Assembly: GCA_020137815.1 (NCBI GenBank)
Contig: CM035354.1
Span: forward strand, 5,580,001-5,644,000
From: Hormiphora californensis
Lineage: Eukaryota > Animalia > Ctenophora
Length of the DNA stretch: 64,000 bases
Direction: 5' to 3'
The notes beneath the pieces were generated by a model. It was not told the origin of the DNA. It saw only the letters and a list, made by a program, of their open reading frames with translations, and did no database searches. The first letter of the stretch is position 1. Each line of letters opens with the position of its first letter. A program made the position numbers and the translations under genes. This document shows, one piece after another, positions 1-10,269 of the stretch.

Positions 1-1950
1 ATGTTGGGAGGGGTGTTTGGACCTATCAGGGCAGGGATAAAAGAATCCTTGATACAGGTCTCCAAGGGCGTAAAGAGTTCTGCAATCCCTGCAGTTGTTC
101 TCATTAGAAATAACCACTTTTTAGATAAACCAAACGTATAACCACTGTAGGCACATTGTGGTTCACTAGTTGCAATTTCCGACAAAACTTTCAACTCCTT
201 GCTCCATTCTTCTACTTTCTCAGAAACAAAGTTAGTTTTGAAGTCACTGGTCCCGATGGGTGATCCCAAGTATCGAACCCCTTCTGTTGTTATTATAACA
301 TCAGTTCCAGCAAAAATGTCAATGGCTTTCTGTAGATATTGTTCTTTGACAAGGAGGATCGATTTCGAACCATTAGGGAGATATCCGTATCCCGGGCCCC
401 GCTCACACAGTTTTTGCCACCACTCCCGGATTTTCATCAGTTTCCCAGCCGAAGCACCGTCGTCAGCATAAAACAGCTGAAAGTCCGAACATGATGACAA
501 ATCCTCCATCAGGGGGCGAAGGGAAATGGCGTAAAAAGGTGCTGCTGCGTTATCTCCCTGGGTGGTTCCCTCACACGATAATACATATTCGCCATTGTAT
601 AAAAATAGTTTAACTGGTGAGCGATAAAAATTGATAAAAAAAATAGAAAACTCTGGACATAGATATCTCATATTAATAAGACACGTGTTACGATTTAATA
701 CATTAAAAGCATTAGAAGCGTCTGCACACAATACAGCTTCAGTTTCATCTCGCTCAAAATATTCATTCATAGCATGTATTGCTGCCTCGCAGCCTCCCTC
801 TTGCCCAGCCGCAAGCTGCAGCGGACCAGCAGATAGAATAATTTCACTTCGGAGATGCTGGGTGACAGTACGTCCAATGATTCGTCGTAACACCTCACCG
901 ATTCCAATGGGCCTCACCCCAGGGTTTTTGTTTAGTCCGATTAGCCTACAAGCCAGTAGTGAGGAAACGGTCGTGGGATCCACTAGCTCTGTACATAGTC
1001 TCCTTGTTAATCGGGCCAGACTAAAACTTAGGTTGTCGCCTTCTTTAGTAAATGCCTTGGAGCACAACATACGGGACCATAGCTCGGATGACATACCACT
1101 CGGTCCACAGCCGCCACGGGTGGATTTTGCAGCCCGTTTAATAGCAACACCATCGAGGCTGTCAAAAGTGGCATTCTCGAAACTGGGAGCAGGTACTGCA
1201 GACACGAGGTGTTTTCGGCTCAGGGGTGCAGCCGCAGGGTGTTTACTCTGGAGTTTCTCAATAAGGTCAGGAGTTACTTCTAGTGGAGCTGATTGGGATG
1301 TGCTGAGAAGACGCATGGCACTATTAACCCTTCCCGCCATCATAAGCCGTGCAAAACCCTTCCTAGTGCTTTCACTGTTCGATGAGCCAGAATTTAGCTT
1401 TTTCTGAATCGCTATCGACTCCGATAGTAATTCAGAGAAATTTCCCGCTTTCCATAGTTCCAGCCGTCTGCTCCAGCCGTCTGCTCAGAGCGTCTATTGA
1501 CCTCCGACACAAAAGATCGCCCAGCGTTACCTTTGGGTAGTTTAAATAGGTTCGGGCGCCAGGCTGCTGACAGTTCATTAAGAATCACCTGCCCTGAAAG
1601 ATCGCCCCACGTTGCTGTTAGTGGTGTCGCAGGTGAGAAGTCGGGAATACCGCGGCACAGTTGTGACAGTAATAGGGAGTCTCAGATGGAATATCCTGAA
1701 AGTCCGACTCTGATAGCCCTTCACAAGCAGCGTGGAACCAAACATCGCATTTCTCACACTGAATACAATCGAGACCGTCTTTGATCCAAAAGTCTACCTT
1801 ACAGGTAGGGCAAGGGTCTGCTGTTGACTCGTGTGGAGGGGTGTCTGGCGTTGGCGTAGTTGGACGTGGACAAGTTGAGGGAATGTTGGTTGCCTTGGCA
1901 GCTGTTGTCTTTCGCTTAGACTGCCTCCCTTTGCTCGTCCTTTCAGCCAT
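1..1950 (-). mobile_element. Decayed CRE-clade (CRE/SLACS-like) non-LTR retrotransposon: N-terminal PHD finger plus reverse transcriptase, running off the window start
   Basis: Manual minus-strand translation gives GVRPIGIGEVLRRII, DASNAFN, EGTTQGD, FYADDG and GVRYLGSPIG. PHD finger CPTC..CIQCEKCDVWFHAAC..YYCHNC lies at 1650-1810. The 5' part is broken by a frameshift near 1650 and a 13-bp duplication (ccagccgtctgct x2) at about 1460-1485. Confidence 0.85.
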
Positions 1951-1959
1951 TGCTGCACC

Positions 1960-2191
1960 TAAAGGTCCCCCCAAACTACTATGTCCCTTTCTGCGCGCGA
2001 CCGGATTTTAGACGGCCATAGCTCCACCTCCTGATAAGATAGAGACCTGAAATTTGTTTTGTAGGGAGATCATATTGAGTTCTTCGTACAAAACAAATTT
2101 CAAGTCTCTATCTCATCAGGGAGTGGAGTTATGACCGTGGGAAATTTCACAAAACCCGAGTGAGGGACATAGTAGTTTGGGGTGTACTTTA
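1960..2191. mobile_element. Palindromic MITE with Kolobok-like (T)TAA/AAG ends
   Basis: TIRs taaaggtccccccaaactactatgtccct and agggacatagtagtttggggtgtacttta; internal inverted repeat gagacctgaaatttgttttgta / tacaaaacaaatttcaagtctc. Confidence 0.65.
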
Positions 2192-2390
2192 AACCGACCG
2201 CCGAGGGCGATCTCGAAATAAATAAAAGTCCTAAAACTTCGACGTGCGCGGCGCGGCGGGCACATGCAAGCAATACGATACGTAACAGCGCCTTCCGTTA
2301 AGTTGCTAATTTTGTCACCGATTTGACACTATCAAGGGTTTTTATATCAAAGATCTCAATTTCAGCTCTTTCTTAATCTAATGAACCCAC

Positions 2391-5300
2391 TAGTAGGGAC
2401 GATAGTGTCAGTCGATGTCAGGGATCTTAAAATTTCCCTATTCAAGTGTTCGGGGAGCCTCTCCCGAGTAAAATGCGCCCAATTAGAGCTCCAAATCTTT
2501 TCTCGTTCTCTAATTATTCGTGATTATGCTAATTATGACGTCATCAGCAACTACCAGAAATCTACGTCTCAGGACTTAAATTTTGATACTAGCTGATAGG
2601 GGACCACTAGATTAGTGGGCAAAAAAATTTTCAGGCCGATCGGAGTTATGGGCGTGGCGCTATGGCGTTTTAAAGTGTGTAATCCGGTGATGACGTCATC
2701 AAGGATTATCAAATTAGGTCAACGCGGGGGGTCGAGACCGGGTGCGTTTGATCGAGCCTGATAAGCTGATCAAAAATCTGTAGGGGTAGATCAATCCCCC
2801 AACTAGGAGCCGAGCTATTAGCATTTTTTCGATTTTTGACGAAGTCACGTGATCTAAAACACGAAAAACGCTAATAGCTCGGCTCCTAGTTGGGGGATTG
2901 ATCTACCCCTACAGATTTTTGATCAGCTTATCACGCTCGATCAAACGCACCCGGTCTCGACCCCCCGCGTTGACCTAATTTGATAATCCTTGATGACGTC
3001 ATCACCGGATTACACACTTTAAAACGCCATAGCGCCACGCCCATAACTCCGATCGGCCTGAAAATTTTTTTGCCTACTAATCTAGTGGTCCCTTATCAGC
3101 TAGTATCAAAATTTAAGCCCTAAGACGTAGATTTCTGGTAGTTGCTGATGACGTCATAATTAGCATAATCACGAATAATTAGAGAACGAGAAAAGATTGG
3201 GAGCTCTAATTGGGCGCATTTTACTCGGGAGAGGCTCCCCGAACACTTGAATAGGGAAATTGTAAGATCCCTGACATCGACTGACACTATCGTCCCTACT
3301 ACACGATTTTGCAAATTGGTCAAGAAATTATGGTCAAAAACGTCCGTCGTCCAAAAATGTGAAGAGCCGAGTGAGTGTTTACTTGGTGACCAGGTGACAT
3401 ACTGTCTGGCGCCGCGACCCATCTGAGTTGGATCCATCGCATCCTATTCTCGCTCCGCGAATAGATGTGAGATCGATCTCGGTCGCTGCGCGACCTCGAT
3501 CTCACTCAGGCATCAATGTGGCCAACCATCTGAGCGCATTGGTAATGGTAACATAGACTGTCTATTAGACACCTGGCGCGACCCCCGCACACAGGTGCCC
3601 GCTCCGCGCCAACCCAGAAAGGGTCGTTTCTTTAAAAGGATGTTGCAAAGGATGTTGCACGCGATCCACTGGATCGATTTGCATTGGTTTGTCGCAAAAG
3701 ACTAAAAATTGATCCTAATATACTGGAAAATACCCGAGAGTTTTGTCTGTCAACAGGAACTGGAAGTGGGTCAAAATTGACACTGAAGGCAAATCTATAA
3801 TCCAGTACTCACAAGGCCTCAACCTATCTCCCAATATCGTCAGACTCGACAGACTCAGTCTAAACTGCCTGGGAGTGGTGCAAAAACTCTCGGAAGCCAG
3901 ATTATAGATTTGACTTCAGTGTCAATTTTGACCCACTTCCTGTTGACAGACAAACTTCTCGGGTATTTTACAATAAACTATAGGACCAATTTGCAGTCTC
4001 ATGAAACAAGCGGGATGTAAATCGGTCCAGTGGAATTGGATCACGTGCAAGATCTCGGCAATTTCTCATTTGCCGCATACGGCGTCTAGACGGCGTCGCA
4101 ACGCCGTCTAGACGGGTTTTGATAAAATCAGCTAAAAACGGTACCAAAATTGCTTGAAACGGGTTATAGACGGTATCAGACGGTGTTGCGACGGTATCAG
4201 ACGGTCTCTAGACGGTCTCTAGCCGGTACTGTCCCGGTGTCTAGACAGTGTCTGGACGGTCTCTAGACGGTATCCGTTCAAAGTTGAGACGGCACGTCTG
4301 AAAATTGTACCAGACGTTGAGACGGACTTTTAGAACTCCGTCTGTATTTCAGACGGAGTTCTAAAAGTACGTTTAAACGCAGTCTAAAGGAAAATCGATG
4401 AACGTACCGTCTAAACAACGTCTCAACTGAAACCGGTCAACATACCGTCTAAACATCGTCTAAGCAGAATCTCGCGATTCAGTTTCAAATACCATCTAGA
4501 CAACTTCTCAAGCAATTTCGATACGAATACCGTCTAAACAACGTCTAGACAACGTCTTAAGCGAATCCGATACAATCTACCACTAATTCCAACTGGCATG
4601 GGTAATCCAGAATGGTCTTCGAAAACGGTCTAGTCTAGACATCGTTATTTTAGACGTTGTCTAGACGTTGTTTAGACGGTATTCGTATCGAAATTGCTGG
4701 AGAATTTGTCTAGACGGTATTTGAAATTGAAACTGAATCGCGAGATTCTGCTTAGATGTTGTTTAGACGGTATGTTGACCGGTTTCAGTTGAGACGTTGT
4801 TTAGACGGTACGTTCGTCGATTTTCCTTTAGACTGCGTTTAAACGTACTTTTAGAACTCCGTCTGAAATACAGACGGAGTTCTAAAAGTCCGTCTCAACG
4901 TCTGGTACAATTTTCAGACGTGCCGTCTCAACTTTGAACGGATACCGTCTAGACACCGTCCAGACACTGTCTAGACACCGGGACGGTACCGTCTAGAGAC
5001 CGTCTGATACCGTCGCAACACCGTCTATAACCCGTCTATAACCCGTCTATAACCCGTCTGATACCGTCTATAACCCGTGGCCGTTTCAAGCAATTTTGGT
5101 ACCGTTTTTAGCTGATTTTATCAAAACCCGTCTAGACGGCGTTGCGACGCCGTCTAGACGCCGTATGCGGCAAATGAGAAATTGCCGAGATCTTGCACGT
5201 GATCCAATTCCACTGGACCGATTTACATCCCGCTTGTTTCATGAGACTGCAAATTGGTCCTATAGTTTATTGTAAAATACCCGAGAAGTTTGTCTGTCAA

Positions 5301-6852
5301 CAGGAAGTGGGTCAAAATTGACACTGAAGTCAAATCTATAATCTGGCTTCCGAGAGTTTTTGCACCACTCCCAGGCAGTTTAGACTGAGTCTGTCGAGTC
5401 TGACGATATTGGGAGATAGGTTGAGGCCTTGTGAGTACTGGATTATAGATTTGCCTTCAGTGTCAATTTTGACCCACTTCCAGTTCCTGTTGACAGACAA
5501 AACTCTCGGGTATTTTCCAGTATATTAGGATCAATTTTTAGTCTTTTGCGACAAACCAATGCAAATCGATCCAGTGGATCGCGTGCAACATCCTTTGCAA
5601 CATCCTTTTAAAGAAACGACCCTTTCTGGGTTGGCGCGGAGCGGGCACCTGTGTGCGGGGGTCGCGCCAGGTGTCTAATAGACAGTCTATGTTACCATTA
5701 CCAATGCGCTCAGATGGTTGGCCACATTGATGCCTGAGTGAGATCGAGGTCGCGCAGCGACCGAGATCGATCTCACATCTATTCGCGGAGCGAGAATAGG
5801 ATGCGATGGATCCAACTCAGATGGGTCGCGGCGCCAGACAGTATGTCACCTGGTCACCAAGTAAACACTCACTCGGCTCTTCACATTTTTGGACGACGGA
5901 CGTTTTTGACCATAATTTCTTGACCAATTTGCAAAATCGTGTAGTAGGGACGATAGTGTCAGTCGATGTCAGGGATCTTACAATTTCCCTATTCAAGTGT
6001 TCGGGGAGCCTCTCCCGAGTAAAATGCGCCCAATTAGAGCTCCCAATCTTTTCTCGTTCTCTAATTATTCGTGATTATGCTAATTATGACGTCATCAGCA
6101 ACTACCAGAAATCTACGTCTTAGGGCTTAAATTTTGATACTAGCTGATAAGGGACCACTAGATTAGTAGGCAAAAAAATTTTCAGGCCGATCGGAGTTAT
6201 GGGCGTGGCGCTATGGCGTTTTAAAGTGTGTAATCCGGTGATGACGTCATCAAGGATTATCAAATTAGGTCAACGCGGGGGGTCGAGACCGGGTGCGTTT
6301 GATCGAGCGTGATAAGCTGATCAAAAATCTGTAGGGGTAGATCAATCCCCCAACTAGGAGCCGAGCTATTAGCGTTTTTCGTGTTTTAGATCACGTGACT
6401 TCGTCAAAAATCGAAAAAATGCTAATAGCTCGGCTCCTAGTTGGGGGATTGATCTACCCCTACAGATTTTTGATCAGCTTATCAGGCTCGATCAAACGCA
6501 CCCGGTCTCGACCCCCCGCGTTGACCTAATTTGATAATCCTTGATGACGTCATCACCGGATTACACACTTTAAAACGCCATAGCGCCACGCCCATAACTC
6601 CGATCGGCCTGAAAATTTTTTTGCCCACTAATCTAGTGGTCCCCTATCAGCTAGTATCAAAATTTAAGTCCTGAGACGTAGATTTCTGGTAGTTGCTGAT
6701 GACGTCATAATTAGCATAATCACGAATAATTAGAGAACGAGAAAAGATTTGGAGCTCTAATTGGGCGCATTTTACTCGGGAGAGGCTCCCCGAACACTTG
6801 AATAGGGAAATTTTAAGATCCCTGACATCGACTGACACTATCGTCCCTACTA
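2391..6852. repeat. Giant inverted repeat with arms of about 2.17 kb and a spacer at about 4558-4650, built from nested palindromic units
   Basis: tagtagggacgatagtg at 2391 pairs with cactatcgtccctacta ending at 6852. The ORF track shows identical mirrored ORFs (3120-3437 minus = 5806-6123 plus). Sub-palindromes at 2391-3301, about 3655-4050 and 4321-4370, each mirrored in the right arm. Confidence 0.95.
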
Positions 6853-7207
6853 AATGGGGTGTAGCGCCGCCATACAGTTGAAAAATGATTTTCTACTTTC
6901 TGTATCAAGTGAATCAATGGAATCAATGGAATGCTTTTAGTAGAAAATAACGTCATTAAAATGGTAATATCATTGCTATTGGCTAAAAACTTGCTTCATA
7001 TAAAGCTATGATATCATCTAGATGCATTAAAACTGCATTAACTTCAACTTCAAGGCAAGGAACTGGAAAGTAGTATAGTAACTGATAGTGATAATCATTA
7101 TTTAACTGCTAGCCACTACTTGCCTTGCTCGAAACTGTCTCACTGCGCCCCGATTGAACAAAAGATGCTGCACCAGCCGCCTGGCGCCGCCAGGCAGGAT
7201 AATTCGG

Positions 7208-7248
7208 GGCCGGTAAATCGGGTGTCGGTAAATCGGGATCCGACTGTA
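7208..7248. mobile_element. End fragment of a Tc1/pogo-like MITE family (ggtaaatcggg..ccgactgta)
   Basis: Same terminus as the copy at 15192-15272. Confidence 0.5.
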
Positions 7249-8182
7249 ATTATTGGCTCCATTGCAACCTATTCTCGCTCCGTTTGAGTTGCAGTTACAC
7301 TAGAATCATTCATTGAATGGTCAGTGCAAGTGCCTTGGGTGAATGAATGCAGAATGAGGCTTAGTTCGTGAAACTTGATACAGGGTCCCGGAACCTTCAA
7401 TTCTTCAAATTCAATTGATTTTGTCAAATTTTTTTCCTCGTTGTGGTATTTCTACATTTTTTCGCATTTACATACTGCAGTACCCTGTAAGGCGGCGCCA
7501 TACCCCCATTTGATTCTCGACAGTGCGCTCAGATGGGGCCGTGGCGCCAGACAGGCAGACCTAGGTAGGTACACCATGCAATGGTGTTTGCTTTCAGTGA
7601 GTCAGGAATAATATTTAATCAATGGTATACCTATATATACTACCGCTCTGACGCTGAACAGTGTCAGTTAAGCCCCGATTTGCTGGCACTGTTTGGCCTG
7701 GGCGGTAGGTATCTAGCTCTTTACTTTCACCAAAGTCATTGACCGTGATTTGAGTCGGCTCCTGCATTTTACAATTTGAATACCAACAATTCAAACCATA
7801 TAAGAATTATAATAGCCAGGTTCCGCAGTAGGTACAGCTTGAACTTCAGCCTTCAGCGACATAATTTGAACATGTTTATCTTTAGGCAGCGGATTACGGG
7901 GCCCGAAAGAAAAGCCCGAACAGTCCCAAAACAAAAACTAGCCAATTTTGTTTTCGTATGCATAGGTAGGTAGGAACCTATTTCTTGAATATTCAGTTCT
8001 TAGCTTTCCACTTTATTTATTGTAATTTGTTAGGAAGGCAAACTAAAATTAATTTGAGACTTTTGCTTGGTATCTATTCCGTACTCCAAATAGGAATTAG
8101 AATGCAATATATGTAAATATTTCACTTCCCCCCTCTCTCCACACCCCTCTCTTCCCTCTCTTCTAGAATGTTGTAATTTGAG

Positions 8183-8992
8183 ATGAGTCACACACTTGTC
8201 CTGACTATCCTCCTGTTTCCTGCCTGCTTGCTTTGCGAGTGTATCTCTCTCGGACTGGACAGGATCGCCCAGCAGGCCACCCTGACCCTGACCACACCAA
8301 CCTCGTGTAAAGGAGATTACAGTGTGAAGTTGGTTGCGAAGAAACCGAAGGAAACCATTATGCAATGCTCTGTTCTGTGCCATAGAACTAGTCGAAGGAA
8401 GGCTAATCGAGGACCTAAAAAGAAAGGTGGAAAGGGTAAGTTGACCTCCTCAGATTCTGCAACCTGTACCTCCCCAAAGAACAATTATCCTGCCTGTCTG
8501 TGTAGTACATCATGCTCCAAGCGACGATGTGTGTTCTCCTGTGATTGTTATCAGGCCCTATCGGTGTTTTCACTTGACACACACTGGGAAGGAGTGAAGA
8601 GAAATGTTTGTGTGAAGAAAGTGTCTGGAGGGGGTTCCCTACATTTCTCACTGCTCCCCACTACATTAACATACAATTGCGAAAAACACTATGAACCCTG
8701 TGACCTATTGAAAGAGAACATAGGAACAGTTGATGGAATTTCATTTCCCTGTACTAAAGGCGAGAATTTGGTTATTTTGGCGTGCAATTGCTCGTGCAAA
8801 ACGAGTAAGAAACAATGTGACGTACCAGTGGAAGCTGTGAACCACAGTCGCAGTCCCATAACACAGCATCTCTTGGAATATTTAGCAACACATAGCCAAT
8901 CTCAGAGCAATCTAGTCATACCTCCAGTATATAGAGAAGAAATAAAATCGTACATTTCAAATCAAAATTTATGTGAAAAGCGTGAATCGTGA
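8183..8992 (+). CDS. Intronless orphan secreted cysteine-rich protein (269 aa)
   Basis: Hydrophobic N-terminal signal peptide (MSHTLVLTILLFPACLLCEC), about 20 Cys including CxC motifs, basic patch RRKANRGPKKKGGKGK; pyrimidine tract plus AG about 15 nt upstream of the ATG. Confidence 0.65.
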   Translation: MSHTLVLTILLFPACLLCECISLGLDRIAQQATLTLTTPTSCKGDYSVKLVAKKPKETIMQCSVLCHRTSRRKANRGPKKKGGKGKLTSSDSATCTSPKNNYPACLCSTSCSKRRCVFSCDCYQALSVFSLDTHWEGVKRNVCVKKVSGGGSLHFSLLPTTLTYNCEKHYEPCDLLKENIGTVDGISFPCTKGENLVILACNCSCKTSKKQCDVPVEAVNHSRSPITQHLLEYLATHSQSQSNLVIPPVYREEIKSYISNQNLCEKRES

Positions 8993-9659
8993 ATCACGAT
9001 GATTGCGGTGATTTTTATTTTTTTGAATTAAATATTTGATAAGAGATCTTTATTTGATGTGATATGAGAACTTGGTATCCAAGACACCTCACACTCAGGC
9101 CGCTTCGCGCGCCGGCAAGGGAGGGGTAACTTCGTTACCAATATGAGAACAACGTACGTGGTTGTGGAACATGGCTAACCTATTGTATTGTCGCTGTTTT
9201 TTAGTTTTATGTAAAACAACGAGTTTTGACAAGTTAAATAATCAATGACAACTGTCAAACACTACAACTTAAACTACACATTCAAACTAACTTTTCACGC
9301 ACGAGAGACAACTTATTACGATAGAAGAACTACAAACTGTATATATATATTGGTTGCCCAGGTTCTACTACCACGACCCCCGGAGCTTCAAGCACCTGTC
9401 CCATTATAGTGTGAATTACAAGTTTTCCATTCCCACTGCATCTACCAACTTGGTAGTACCAACTTGGTGCTTGTTGAGTAACAAACCCATCCAATGAGAT
9501 CTCTCTGCATCATATAATAATGTCTGAAAAGATTCAGTAGGAATCCATCGAGTTGTCGTATCTTGTAACAAGTCGTATCACTTTCGTATAATTCTCTCAA
9601 ACGACTTCCTTGATACACGACTGTAGTTGCTGGTGTGATAGTTCGAATCAGGGGCATAT

Positions 9660-9690
9660 AGAGAAATATGAGAGAGAGAGAGAGAGAGAA

Positions 9691-9775
<85 letters not shown>

Positions 9776-9782
9776 AATATGT

Positions 9783-9819
<37 letters not shown>

Positions 9820-9820
9820 G

Positions 9821-9868
<48 letters not shown>
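9660..9868. repeat. (AG)n microsatellite
   Basis: Directly visible; produces spurious ER/SL ORFs. Confidence 0.95.
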
Positions 9869-9871
<3 letters not shown>

Positions 9872-10269
9872 TGAGAAAGGGTAAAAAGGAGTGAGAGATA
9901 AGTCGAAAAATAATCCCAAATTATTGAAGTTAATATGTAAATGGATCCATTTCGAAATCAGTTTGTGTAATTAGAAATCGACATACCGAGCTGAGTAAGT
10001 TTTCCTCAGGTTTTAGCATGGTAGCAGTTGCTCGGGGAGAGAACGCACTTAGAGGGGAGGATTTGAATCCAGCATACTGTTTCAGTACCTTGAGCATCGT
10101 CTGTACGGAGAGAGAGAGAGGGAGTTATTCGTTGCCATTTTTTCAAGAGGCTCAACCTCCTGCAAATGCATTTAATCCAGCTCTCTCACTCGACTTTGTG
10201 AGCCCGCCCTGCCCGTGACCCAGGTGCAGCAGGTCCTTGGTTGAATTGAAGTGACCAGGATTGGAGCCC

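Noticed and set aside
199-1407. Plus-strand ORFs 199-471 and 631-1407
   Set aside because: Antisense shadows of the minus-strand RT frame.
2381-6838. Repeated ORFs containing VSVDVRDL..YANYDVISNYQKSTS
   Set aside because: By-products of palindromic repeats; no domain features.
9090-9142. GC-rich segment and hairpin ggtaacttcgttacc
   Set aside because: Possibly a transposon end, but no partner terminus or TSD was found.
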